A stretch of DNA of 32,293 nucleotides, from the sequence record SRR20825019_904; one strand, written 5' to 3'. Below the pieces are notes generated by a model. It did not search any database and was not told the origin of the DNA. It worked only from the letters and a program-made list of their open reading frames with translations. Below, one piece after another: positions 1 to 9,700 of this stretch. The position numbers were made by a program, and so were the translations under genes. Numbering within the stretch: the stretch's first letter is position 1; each line of letters opens with the position of its first letter.

Positions 1-29
1 TTTCGTACTAATTGTGAAATTGTTGGCAT
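1..29 (-). CDS. rpsL: 30S ribosomal protein S12, 5' end only (continues off the window)
   Basis: Reverse complement of 1-29 reads ATG CCA ACA ATT TCA CAA TTA GTA CGA AA = MPTISQLVR(K), the characteristic S12 N-terminus. Too short to appear in the ORF track. Confidence 0.9.
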
Positions 30-82
30 ATTATTCTATACACTAATTATTAAAAATAAAATATCCCTATTTTTAGGGTTGG

Positions 83-113
83 CAAATGTAGTACTATTTT
101 TCAGTAAATCAAA
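83..113 (-). promoter_or_regulatory. Bacteroidota housekeeping promoter for rpsL (str operon)
   Basis: Minus strand TTTG (113-110), 19-nt spacer, TACATTTG (90-83): exact match to the -33 TTTG / -7 TAnnTTTG consensus. Confidence 0.8.
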
Positions 114-213
114 CGATAAGACATTAATTTTCTTCAGCAGTTTTAAAAAGCTTTCACAACTCGCATAAATTACCTTATAATAACGTTATTTATATTCAGA
201 AAATAAATCAGCA

Positions 214-1902
214 TTGAAGAGAATAGTTTTTATTGTCCTTAATTTATACCTACTAAATTTTAGTAATGTTTTTTCACAAGATCTAAAACTTCAAATTAAA
301 GTTGAGGATACTTTAAATTTGAAACATTTAGACAACTCATTAGCACTAAAAAGATTCAAAAACTTTTCAAGGCTTTCTTCATCATTTGACTCTATTTTCA
401 ACAATCTTCAAAATAAAGGATTTATAAATCTGAAGGCAACCCCTATACAAAAGGTTAACGACAGTATTTTTGAAAGCACTTTAAACTTAGGAAAACAGGT
501 AGATTCAATATTTATTGATATTCCACAATCCACATTCACCCTGAAACAACTAAAATCTGTAGACCCAAATGCCAAAGAGTCAAGAATAAAAATACCTATA
601 AGCAAAACGCAAAGCATACTAAACTATCTAAATAATTTACAAGCAAACTCTGAATCTCCATTTAGCTCACTAAGCTTAAAAAACATAAAAATTAACAAAA
701 CATCACTTTATGCAGATTTAAGTTTAGAAAGTACTAAACAAAGAACTATTGATAAGATAATTATAAATGGTTATGAAAAATTTCCTAATTCATTTATAAG
801 GTATGGCGCAAGACTAAAAATTAAACAACCTTTTAATAGAGAAACATTAAAGCGAAAATCTAAACAGTTAGACAATTTAAGTTTTGCGACCACTAAAAAA
901 GATCCTGAAATTCTATTCACTAAAGATTCCACAAGTGTCTATTTATACATAGAGAAGAAAAAATCTAATTCATTTGATGGCTTTTTAGGCTTTTCAAATA
1001 ATGCAGAAACCGGCAATCTTGAATTTAATGGGTACCTAGATTTAAATCTTACTAATAATTTAGATTTTGGAGAATCTCTTAATCTAACCTATAAGTCTGA
1101 CGGAAGAGAACAAGTTCAATTTAAATCTGGCATTAACCTTCCATATTTATTCAAGACACCAGTGGGTTTATTGCTAGACCTTGAAATATTTAAGAGAGAT
1201 TCTACGTTTGTTACTGTTGACCAAAATGCGCGACTAAATTATCAAATCACCAACAACTCTAATATTTATTTAGGCTACAAAGGAACAACATCCAGCAACC
1301 TTGAAGAGGAACCAATTGCAGGCACCACCATTGTAGACTACACTTCTAACTACGTAGATTTTGGAGGTAAAACAGAACAACTTTCGTCCAACAAGCTATT
1401 CCCGACTACATTTCACGTTAGCCTAAACAGTTTAGTGGGGAAAAGATCTACCGAATTGCTAGAGGACACCCAAGTTAGAGGCTCTATTAATTCTCAATAC
1501 AATTATCAACTTAGTGACAGAAGTTATTTGTTTGCAAAAAACTACGCTTCAATACTATTAACAGAAAACTACATAACAAATGAACTGTTTAGGTTTGGAG
1601 GCATTCAATCAATTAGAGGATTTGAAGAAAATAGTATAGATGCATCTCTTTTAAATTCATTTCAGTCTGAATTTCGCTATATCTTATCTCCAAATCTTTA
1701 TACGCACTCTGTGTTAGATTATGCATATTATGAAAATGATGTGTTAGGCATAAAGCAGCAACTCGTGAGTATTGGTTTTGGTTTAGGGCTTTATACCAAT
1801 TCGGGTTTATTAAAAGTTGTTTTTGCCAATGGAAAAACAAGCGATCAGTCATTTAAATTCGACAACACGAAAGTACACCTAAGCTTTTTTACAAAATTTT
1901 AA
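214..1902 (+). CDS. Omp85 (BamA/TamA)-family outer membrane protein with POTRA-like N-terminal region
   Basis: 562 aa, TTG start, signal peptide ending VFS-Q, barrel start motif SNSFDGFLGF, Omp85 loop-6 motif FRFGGIQSIRGFEE, C-terminal Phe (FFTKF). Confidence 0.8.
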   Translation: MKRIVFIVLNLYLLNFSNVFSQDLKLQIKVEDTLNLKHLDNSLALKRFKNFSRLSSSFDSIFNNLQNKGFINLKATPIQKVNDSIFESTLNLGKQVDSIFIDIPQSTFTLKQLKSVDPNAKESRIKIPISKTQSILNYLNNLQANSESPFSSLSLKNIKINKTSLYADLSLESTKQRTIDKIIINGYEKFPNSFIRYGARLKIKQPFNRETLKRKSKQLDNLSFATTKKDPEILFTKDSTSVYLYIEKKKSNSFDGFLGFSNNAETGNLEFNGYLDLNLTNNLDFGESLNLTYKSDGREQVQFKSGINLPYLFKTPVGLLLDLEIFKRDSTFVTVDQNARLNYQITNNSNIYLGYKGTTSSNLEEEPIAGTTIVDYTSNYVDFGGKTEQLSSNKLFPTTFHVSLNSLVGKRSTELLEDTQVRGSINSQYNYQLSDRSYLFAKNYASILLTENYITNELFRFGGIQSIRGFEENSIDASLLNSFQSEFRYILSPNLYTHSVLDYAYYENDVLGIKQQLVSIGFGLGLYTNSGLLKVVFANGKTSDQSFKFDNTKVHLSFFTKF

Positions 1903-1951
1903 CCAACAAATGTTAAAATATGTTAAAAGCGAATAATAGTGTTCATAAACA

Positions 1952-1982
1952 TTGCAATTATTAGGTTTATTGCTGAGTTTCG
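1952..1982 (+). promoter_or_regulatory. Putative promoter of susC1
   Basis: TTG (1952-1954), 20-nt spacer, GAGTTTCG (1975-1982), a degenerate TAnnTTTG. Same geometry as upstream of susC2. Confidence 0.45.
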
Positions 1983-1986
1983 TGCC

Positions 1987-2063
1987 GGCTAATTCAAATA
2001 AATTATAAGATGAAAACAAAGTTTAGTGGAATTTTAACGCTAATCCTAGCGTTTGTCGTGCAA
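1987..2063 (+). repeat. Direct repeat copy 1: susC 5' leader plus first 18 codons
   Basis: GGCTAATTCAAATAAATTATAA (1987-2008) is identical to 6583-6604. 70 of 77 nt match 6583-6659 by manual alignment. Confidence 0.9.
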
Positions 2064-5000
2064 TTTTCTTTTGCACAGGACAAAACCGTAACAGGTGTGG
2101 TTACAGATAATTCTGGCTTACCACTACCAGGTGTTACAATTATTGTAAAAGGGACCTCTAATGGAACCCAAACCGATTTTGATGGAAATTATTCTATCAA
2201 CGCAAGCGAAACAAGTACTTTAGTGTACTCTTTTATTGGTTTTAAAACACAAGAACAGCTTGTAGGAAGCAAAACCAACATTAACGTTACCCTTGCAGAA
2301 AGCACAGCAGAGCTAGACGAAGTAGTAGTTGTAGCATTTGGACAACAAAATAAGCGTAAGCTTATACAAAGTGTTTCTGTGGTAGACGAAGAGGCTTTAA
2401 GAGACATTCCCGCAAATTCTCCTCAAGAATTGATTCAAGGTCAGGCAGCTGGTGTACAAGTAGTACAATCTTCTGGTGTTCTTGGAGCTGCTCCAACAAT
2501 TAAAATTCGTGGTGTTGCATCAGTTTCATCTGGAGCTAGACCTTTATTTGTTGTAGATGGTGTACCATTAAATGACACAGACCTTACATCAAACCAAGGT
2601 GCGAACCAAGGACTTAACCCTTTAGCAAACATAAACCCTAATGATATTGCATCTATCTCAGTACTAAAAGATGCTTCGGCAACTGCTGTATACGGATCAA
2701 GAGGATCTAATGGTGTTGTATTAATTACAACTAAGACTGGTAAGAAAGGGCAAGATACTAGAGTAACATTAAATATGAATACTGCTTTCAGCGAATCTAC
2801 AGACACATTTGATATGATGACTGCAGACGAGTTTAGACAATATGCAGTTGATGCAGGTTACTTCTCAGGAGTGACTTCTCCAGACGACTTACCTCAAGGT
2901 GATTTTGATTGGGTAGATGGTGTTACAAGAACTGGAATCTCTAAAAATATAGATGCCTCTGTAAGTGGTGGTAGTGAAAAAACTTCATTCTTTATTAGTA
3001 CAAACTTTAAAAATGAAGAAGGATTTATTATTGGAAACGGACTTAAAAGAACTGCTGGTCGTATAAACATTAACCACGAAGCTAATGATTGGTTGGATGT
3101 AGGTGCAAACATTGGTGTAAGTTTAAACGAATTTGACAGAGTAGGTGCAGAGAACAGCACGTTTGCTCCACTTACATCTGCTTATTTAATAAGACCTTGG
3201 GTTGAACCAAGAGATGAAAATGGACAGTTTGTAAACACTGGTTTTATTGCAAACACAATAGCAATTGAATCTTTAGACATCAACAAATCTGATCAATCAA
3301 GATTAACAGGTAACTTTTTCGCAACTGCCGGAATTACAGATTACTTAAGTTTTACTTCAAAATTTGGTGTAGATAGAGTTTTAATTGAGGAGCAGCAACG
3401 TTCTTTTGAGATTAACACTCCTGGTGGATTCGCTTCAAATAGTTACGCTCAAGACAATAGAGTACTATTAACTAACTCTTTAAACTTTGACAAAACGTTT
3501 AATGACGTACACTCTGTAGGAGCTGTAGTAGGTATATCTTATGAAGAAAACAAAATTAGAACATCTACAGTAGCTGGTACAGGCTTTGTTAGTGATGCAA
3601 GTATAAACGTAGTTTCTGCTGCAGAAAAAACAACTACTACATCTGGTGCAACAGAAAACAGATTAGTAGGTTATTTTGGTAGAGTAAACTATGCTTACGA
3701 CAACAAATATGTATTAGAAGGGTCTTTAAGAAGAGATGGATCTTCTCGATTTGGAGCTAATGAGCAGTTTGGTACATTCTACGCAGTAGCCGGTGGATGG
3801 AACATCTCTGAAGAAGCATTTTTAGAAGATGTTGATTGGTTAAACAACCTAAAGCTTAGAGCAAGTTATGGTACAACAGGTAATGACAGAATTGGTAACT
3901 TTAGCTCTTTAGCATTATACCAAGGTGGTGTAATTGGTCAATATAATGGTTCTGCTGGTTTAGCACCAGATTCACCTGGAAACCCAGATTTAAGATGGGA
4001 AGAGTCTAAATCTTACGACTTAGGTTTTGCAACATCTTTGTTTAACAATAGAATATCTTTAACTGTTGATTACTACAACAAAGTAACATCAGACCTTATA
4101 TTAAACGTACCATTATCAGTTGCTGCTTTCCCAGGACAAAATTCAAGACCAGAAAACATTGGTGAGATTGAAAACACTGGATTTGATATCAGCTTAACTA
4201 CTGATAACGTTAGAAATGACAACTTTACATGGACAACTAGTATAAATGTTGGTATTAATGAAAATAAAGTTAATTCATTACCAGGTGCTGCAGTAGATGA
4301 CCAAGGCAGAGAATTTGTTGCTGGATCTGCATCTCAAAGAGCAATTGTAGGTGAGTCTGTAAACACATTTTATTTAATAAGATATGTTGGTGTTAACCCA
4401 CAAACTGGAGATGCTGAATGGTTAGATAGAGATGGGAACGTTACAACTACACCAACTGCAAGTGATAGAGTTGTTGTAGGAGATGCAAACCCAGATTTTG
4501 TTGGTGGTATTACAAATACCTTTAGATACAAAAACTTCGATCTTAACTTATTAGCAAACTTTAGTGTTGGTAATGATATTTATATTGACGGTTTAAGGTT
4601 TACTGATAATGCAGCTTCAGGAAGTTTCAACAACAGAAGAGCGTTATTAGACGTTTGGCAACAACCAGGTGACAATGCATATGTACCTGCTTTTGACAGC
4701 CCAACATTCTCTACATTCGATCAGAGATCAACATTACAGTTAAGAGATGGTTCTTATTTTAGAATGAAAAATGTAACTCTAGGATACTCTATCCCAGAAA
4801 CATTTATGGAAAAAATTGGTTTAGTAAAAAGCGTGAGACTTTATGCAACAGCTACTAACCTATTTACTATAAAAGCAGACAACTTAGAAGGTATTGATCC
4901 TGAAGTTACAGACACAAGCTCTGCTTTAGGACAAGGTGAAACATTTTTTACACCACCTCAGTCTAAGTCATTCTTATTCGGAGCAACACTAACATTTTAA
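2010..5000 (+). CDS. SusC/RagA-family TonB-dependent outer membrane transporter (SusC1)
   Basis: 996 aa; signal peptide; carboxypeptidase-regulatory-like N-domain (GTSNGTQTDFDGNYSI); LDEVVVV; plug motif LKDASATAVYGSRGSNGVVLITTK; RRDGSSRFG; NPDLRWE; C-terminal Phe. Confidence 0.95.
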   Translation: MKTKFSGILTLILAFVVQFSFAQDKTVTGVVTDNSGLPLPGVTIIVKGTSNGTQTDFDGNYSINASETSTLVYSFIGFKTQEQLVGSKTNINVTLAESTAELDEVVVVAFGQQNKRKLIQSVSVVDEEALRDIPANSPQELIQGQAAGVQVVQSSGVLGAAPTIKIRGVASVSSGARPLFVVDGVPLNDTDLTSNQGANQGLNPLANINPNDIASISVLKDASATAVYGSRGSNGVVLITTKTGKKGQDTRVTLNMNTAFSESTDTFDMMTADEFRQYAVDAGYFSGVTSPDDLPQGDFDWVDGVTRTGISKNIDASVSGGSEKTSFFISTNFKNEEGFIIGNGLKRTAGRININHEANDWLDVGANIGVSLNEFDRVGAENSTFAPLTSAYLIRPWVEPRDENGQFVNTGFIANTIAIESLDINKSDQSRLTGNFFATAGITDYLSFTSKFGVDRVLIEEQQRSFEINTPGGFASNSYAQDNRVLLTNSLNFDKTFNDVHSVGAVVGISYEENKIRTSTVAGTGFVSDASINVVSAAEKTTTTSGATENRLVGYFGRVNYAYDNKYVLEGSLRRDGSSRFGANEQFGTFYAVAGGWNISEEAFLEDVDWLNNLKLRASYGTTGNDRIGNFSSLALYQGGVIGQYNGSAGLAPDSPGNPDLRWEESKSYDLGFATSLFNNRISLTVDYYNKVTSDLILNVPLSVAAFPGQNSRPENIGEIENTGFDISLTTDNVRNDNFTWTTSINVGINENKVNSLPGAAVDDQGREFVAGSASQRAIVGESVNTFYLIRYVGVNPQTGDAEWLDRDGNVTTTPTASDRVVVGDANPDFVGGITNTFRYKNFDLNLLANFSVGNDIYIDGLRFTDNAASGSFNNRRALLDVWQQPGDNAYVPAFDSPTFSTFDQRSTLQLRDGSYFRMKNVTLGYSIPETFMEKIGLVKSVRLYATATNLFTIKADNLEGIDPEVTDTSSALGQGETFFTPPQSKSFLFGATLTF

Positions 5001-5017
5001 TTGAAAAAAGAAAAGAC

Positions 5018-6403
5018 ATGAAAACATATAAATATTTATTTATTCTAATCACAGCTTTAGCATTTACAAGCTGCGAAGATGAATTGAATGTACTTCCTGA
5101 AGATGACCAGTCTACAGAACAAGTATTTTCAAGTGAAGCAGGTGCTCAAGGAGCATTAGTTGGTGTATACAGTTTTGCACAACAAGACGATGTTCTTAAT
5201 GGTACATCTACATTAGCTACAGAGTGGCAAGCAGATAATGTTGATTTTGTAGGCTCATTCCCAACATTTAACGACATAAGAACATACGAAACACAAGCAG
5301 ACAACACTTCAATATTTGCCATTTATGATGACAACTATGAGGTTATTGGTGCAGCAAACAACGTAATTGCATTCGTTCCTACAATCGAAGATGAAAACTT
5401 CACAGAAGAAGAACGTGCTCAAGTGATTGCTGAAGCTAAATTTATGCGTGCTTTAGTATACTTTAAATTAGTTAATTTATTTGGTCAGCCATTACAAGTT
5501 GGTGGCGGAACTACATTAGCTGTTCCTTTAGTTACTGAACCATTCTCAATTTCTGGAGAAGCAAATCCTCCAAGAAATACAGTTAATGACATACACGCAC
5601 AAATTGAGCAGGATTTAACAGAAGCTATACCGTCATTAACAAATGCAGACAACTCAAGAGCTACTACTGGTGCTGCGCAATTGTTATTAGCGCGTCTTTA
5701 TTTATACCAAGAGCGTTTTGGCGAAGCAGCAACTTTAGCAAATGATGCTATTAGTAACGATGAGTTTGTATTAGCTACAAATTATACATTCTACAATACG
5801 CAATCAACTGAGTTCTTTTTCACACTAGTTAACACACCTGCAGATGGTCAAGATAGTGGCCAAGGTTTTTCAGGGTTAACAAATCCGGCTCCAGCTGGTC
5901 GTGGTGATGCTCCTTTTAGTGATAATTTAATTGAAGCATACCAAGAAGAAGCTGGTGATTTAAGATTCACATTAACTCAAACAGGTACATCTGCTTCAGG
6001 TGAAGACAGATTATTTACAAGTAAATTTCCTGATGGGAACACAAACTCAGATAATGCACCTGTATTAAGAGTTACTGAAGCTTATTTAACAAGAGCTGAA
6101 GCAAACTTTAGAAACGGAAGTACTATTGGTGCTGCTCCACTTGATGATATCAATGACTTAAGAGACAGAGCAAATTTACCACCACTAGGTGCTTTAACAC
6201 TAGACCAGATCTTAAATGAAAGACGTAAAGAATTAGCATTTGAAGGACAACGTAGAATGGATCTTTTAAGAAACGGTTTAAACTTGAGACGTCCAGGCAT
6301 GCCTAATGAAGCTGAGTCTGCACCAGGTCAAAACAAGACTATTTTACCTATTCCAGCAAGAGAAGTTGACTTAAGCGGATTAGAGCAAAATCCAGGTTAT
6401 TAA
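5018..6403 (+). CDS. SusD/RagB-family nutrient-binding lipoprotein (SusD1)
   Basis: Lipobox AFTS-C followed by acidic EDE; AEAKFMRALVYFKLVNLFG; ERRKELAFEGQRRMDL; ends QNPGY; directly after susC1. Confidence 0.93.
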   Translation: MKTYKYLFILITALAFTSCEDELNVLPEDDQSTEQVFSSEAGAQGALVGVYSFAQQDDVLNGTSTLATEWQADNVDFVGSFPTFNDIRTYETQADNTSIFAIYDDNYEVIGAANNVIAFVPTIEDENFTEEERAQVIAEAKFMRALVYFKLVNLFGQPLQVGGGTTLAVPLVTEPFSISGEANPPRNTVNDIHAQIEQDLTEAIPSLTNADNSRATTGAAQLLLARLYLYQERFGEAATLANDAISNDEFVLATNYTFYNTQSTEFFFTLVNTPADGQDSGQGFSGLTNPAPAGRGDAPFSDNLIEAYQEEAGDLRFTLTQTGTSASGEDRLFTSKFPDGNTNSDNAPVLRVTEAYLTRAEANFRNGSTIGAAPLDDINDLRDRANLPPLGALTLDQILNERRKELAFEGQRRMDLLRNGLNLRRPGMPNEAESAPGQNKTILPIPAREVDLSGLEQNPGY

Positions 6404-6426
6404 CAAAACCTTTTTAAAGTAAAATT

Positions 6427-6455
6427 AACGCCACCTTAAAAGGGTGGCGTTTTTT
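6427..6455 (+). terminator. Rho-independent terminator after susD1
   Basis: Stem AACGCCACC (6427-6435) / GGTGGCGTT (6443-6451) with a T-run to 6455. Confidence 0.85.
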
Positions 6456-6546
6456 ATTACACAAAATTCATTGAAACCACTTATAAACTGAAAGATTGGT
6501 AAAGCTTAATCTAAATTTTAAAAAATTAATATTTTCCTAATATATA

Positions 6547-6577
6547 TTGCATATTTAAGTTTTTATTAGCACTTTTG
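6547..6577 (+). promoter_or_regulatory. Putative promoter of the susC2 operon
   Basis: TTG (6547-6549), 20-nt spacer, CACTTTTG (6570-6577), one mismatch to TAnnTTTG. Lies downstream of the susD1 terminator. Confidence 0.55.
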
Positions 6578-6582
6578 GCGTT

Positions 6583-6659
6583 GGCTAATTCAAATAAATT
6601 ATAAAATGAGAACAAAATTTAGTGGAATTTTAACGCTATTCTTAGCGTTTATGGTGCAA
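6583..6659 (+). repeat. Direct repeat copy 2: susC 5' leader plus first 18 codons
   Basis: 70/77 nt identical to 1987-2063, including an exact 22-mer. Confidence 0.9.
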
Positions 6660-9600
6660 ATGACCTTTGCACAATCAAAGACGATTACCGGTACGGTAAC
6701 CGATGGTAGCGGCTTACCGCTTCCAGGTGTAAACGTCATTATTCAAGGTACTTCAAATGGTACTCAAACAGACTTTGATGGTAATTATTCTATCTCAGCG
6801 TCTACAGGAGACATTTTAGTATTTTCTTACATTGGTTTTACTACACAAAATCAAACTGTAGGAGCAAGTAACACAGTTAATGTTAAACTTGAAGCTGGTG
6901 AGGAACTGGACGAAGTTGTTGTAACTGCCTTAGGTATTAAGCGTAAGCAGGATGAGATTACAACTGCTAACCAGGTTGTGAAGAGCGAAGAACTTACTCA
7001 AGCACAAAACCCTAACGTTGCTCAAGGTCTTGCTGGTAAAGTATCTGGTCTTCAAATTAATACTACAAACAGTGGTGTAAACCAAAATGTACGTATTAAC
7101 TTGAGAGGTAACAGATCTTTAACTGGTGACAACCAAGCTTTAATTGTAATTGATGGTGTAATTTCTTCATCTCAAGTACTTACTGCTTTAGATCCTAACA
7201 TTATCGAGGATATTAACATTATTAAAGGTGCAAACGGTGCTGCACTTTACGGTTCTAGAGGTTCTAACGGTGTATTTATCGTTACAACTAAAAAAGGATC
7301 TGGTGGAGACAAGCTTACTGTAGCAGTAAACTCTGCAACTTCTTTTGAAGAAATCGCTTACATCCCACAACGTCAGACTAGATATGGTCAAGGTTGGAAT
7401 GGAGAGCACGTAAACTACGAGAATGGTGGTTGGGGACCAGAATTTGATGGTTCATTACAACCAGTTGGTCTTCCTCAAGAAGATGGTTCTTACAGATTTT
7501 TCCCTTATGTATCTTTAGGTGATAACATTAGTGAATTTTTCCAAACAGGACGTACATTCCAAAACACTGTATCTTTAAGTGCTGGTAACTTAGAAGATGG
7601 TTATGTATTCTTATCTGCTAACAAGACAGACACAGAATTCGTAATTGCAGATGACGTTTCAGAAAGAAACACATTCAACTTTAAAGGTGGTAAGAAAATT
7701 GGAAACTGGACATTAGAAGGTAACGCTACATATTTAACTAGCAAAACTACACAGTCAACAGGTACTCTTTACTTAGAGTTACTTCAAACTGCAACTAACA
7801 TTCCAGTACAGGAGTTTTCTGAGCCTAATAACGCTACACACTGGACATCTTACTACAGATCTCCATATTGGATTAGAGATAACGAAAGAACAACAGACAG
7901 ATACGATATCTTTAGTGGTATTGCTAACGTAAGCTACCAATTTAACGATCATATTAGTATTGGTTACAATGCTAACATCAGAACTCGTCAAAGAAGTGGT
8001 TTAAGCTACGTAAATGGTGATGTTGATACTGCTAATATTGGTGGTGGAGATTACACTACTATCTCTAGCTTTGATACATATGCAGATACACAGAGAAACT
8101 ACTACGGTGATTTAATCATTAACTTTAATGATTATAACATTACTGATGATATTACGTTTAGTGCTAACATCGGTCAGAACTTACAGGATAACTTATTTAC
8201 TCAATCTACAAATGGTGGAGATAACTTAACAATTCCTGGTTTCTACAATGTAGATAACATTACTGGAACACCAAGAGTATCTAACACTATCTTAAGATCT
8301 CGTCGTATGGGTCTTTTTGCAAACTTAGATTTTGGATATAAAGATTTCTTATTCTTAAACGTTACAGGTCGTAATGACTACGTATCTACATTAGATAAAG
8401 AGAACAATTCATTCTTTTACCCAAGTGCTGGTATATCTTTCATTCCTACTAAAGCATTCCCAAGCTTAAAAGGTGATGTATTAAACTTCGCTAAGATTGC
8501 AGTTAGTGCTGTAAAAGTTGGTAACGACGGTAGTATTGGAGCTTATGAAACAGTACCTGTTTTCGAACAAGCTGCTAACTATCCTTACGGAACGTTAAAC
8601 TCTTTCAGACAAGATAGAACTATTACAGACCCTTTATTAGAGCCTGAATTTGTAACGTCTTATGAAGGTAACTTAAACTTAGGTTTCTTTAAAGATAGAT
8701 TAACTTTTGACGGTTCTTACTATTTCTCTAAAAACACAAACCAAATTGCTAATACATCTACGTCTTCAGCATCTGGTATTAGTTCTTCGAGAATTAACAT
8801 TGGTGAGACTGAAACAAGAGGTTTTGAAATTGACTTAGGATTTACGCCTATCAAAACTGAGAACTTCCGTTGGGATGCTAGAATTTCTTATTCTACAAAC
8901 GAGACAAAAGTTATTAAGATTAGTGATGATACAGATGAGATTGCATTACAATCTTTCCCAAACAATGCTAACCCAGTTGGTGTATTTGCTGTTGTTGGAG
9001 AAACATTCCCTACTATTAAAGGAACATCTTACTTAAGAGATCCTCAAGGTAGAGTATTAATTGATCCTACTACTGGTACTCCTAGAGTATCTTCAGACCT
9101 TACTAACTTAGGTACTTCAAACCCTGATTATATCATTGGTTTAAATACTTCTTTTGAATATAAAGGTTTCCGCTTAGCAGGTGTATTTGATTACAGAACT
9201 GGTCACCAATTCTGGTCAGGTGCTAAATCTTGGTTATCTTGGTCTGGTCACTTAATCGAAAGTGCTGAAAACGGACGTGGTGGATTTATCTACCCTAACT
9301 CTGCTATTGAAACTTCTCCAGGTGTATTCGAAGAAAACACTAACGTAATTACAGGTGGAACAACGTATTCTAACTACTTAAACTACTTCTCTAACGATTA
9401 CTACACAGTAACTGAGAACTTTGTTTTAGATGCGACAGCTTTCAAAGTAAGAGAACTTTCATTAACTTATACTTTACCACAAGATTATTTAGCTAAAACA
9501 CCACTTACTGCTGTAACTGTAGGTGTAAATGCTAGAAATCCATTTACTGTGTTACCAAAAGAAAACAGAGGTTATAACGACCCTGAAACTTCTAACACAA

Positions 9601-9683
9601 CTGGTAACGGTCAAGGTTTAGCGGCTATCAACCAATACCCAGTAACAAGATCTTACGGTCTTAACCTTAACATTAAGTTTTAA
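6606..9683 (+). CDS. SusC/RagA-family TonB-dependent transporter (SusC2, different subfamily)
   Basis: 1025 aa; LDEVVVTALGIKR; LAGKVSGLQI; KGANGAALYGSRGSNGVFIVTTKKG; GRNDYVSTL; NSFFYPS; C-terminal Phe. Confidence 0.95.
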   Translation: MRTKFSGILTLFLAFMVQMTFAQSKTITGTVTDGSGLPLPGVNVIIQGTSNGTQTDFDGNYSISASTGDILVFSYIGFTTQNQTVGASNTVNVKLEAGEELDEVVVTALGIKRKQDEITTANQVVKSEELTQAQNPNVAQGLAGKVSGLQINTTNSGVNQNVRINLRGNRSLTGDNQALIVIDGVISSSQVLTALDPNIIEDINIIKGANGAALYGSRGSNGVFIVTTKKGSGGDKLTVAVNSATSFEEIAYIPQRQTRYGQGWNGEHVNYENGGWGPEFDGSLQPVGLPQEDGSYRFFPYVSLGDNISEFFQTGRTFQNTVSLSAGNLEDGYVFLSANKTDTEFVIADDVSERNTFNFKGGKKIGNWTLEGNATYLTSKTTQSTGTLYLELLQTATNIPVQEFSEPNNATHWTSYYRSPYWIRDNERTTDRYDIFSGIANVSYQFNDHISIGYNANIRTRQRSGLSYVNGDVDTANIGGGDYTTISSFDTYADTQRNYYGDLIINFNDYNITDDITFSANIGQNLQDNLFTQSTNGGDNLTIPGFYNVDNITGTPRVSNTILRSRRMGLFANLDFGYKDFLFLNVTGRNDYVSTLDKENNSFFYPSAGISFIPTKAFPSLKGDVLNFAKIAVSAVKVGNDGSIGAYETVPVFEQAANYPYGTLNSFRQDRTITDPLLEPEFVTSYEGNLNLGFFKDRLTFDGSYYFSKNTNQIANTSTSSASGISSSRINIGETETRGFEIDLGFTPIKTENFRWDARISYSTNETKVIKISDDTDEIALQSFPNNANPVGVFAVVGETFPTIKGTSYLRDPQGRVLIDPTTGTPRVSSDLTNLGTSNPDYIIGLNTSFEYKGFRLAGVFDYRTGHQFWSGAKSWLSWSGHLIESAENGRGGFIYPNSAIETSPGVFEENTNVITGGTTYSNYLNYFSNDYYTVTENFVLDATAFKVRELSLTYTLPQDYLAKTPLTAVTVGVNARNPFTVLPKENRGYNDPETSNTTGNGQGLAAINQYPVTRSYGLNLNIKF

Positions 9684-9700
9684 ACATATATCATAATAAC

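Noticed and set aside
1987-6659. Invertible susC shufflon or phase-variable promoter of the Bacteroides type
   Set aside because: The repeats are direct, not inverted, all genes face the same way, and there is no tyrosine or serine recombinase in the window.
408-7991. Short antisense ORFs inside omp85, susC and susD (408-617, 1613-1852, 2189-2407, 2441-2806, 2894-3160, 6082-6300, 7188-7409, 7779-7991)
   Set aside because: They lie wholly opposite long, well-supported genes, have no recognisable motifs, and are expected shadows of biased codon usage.
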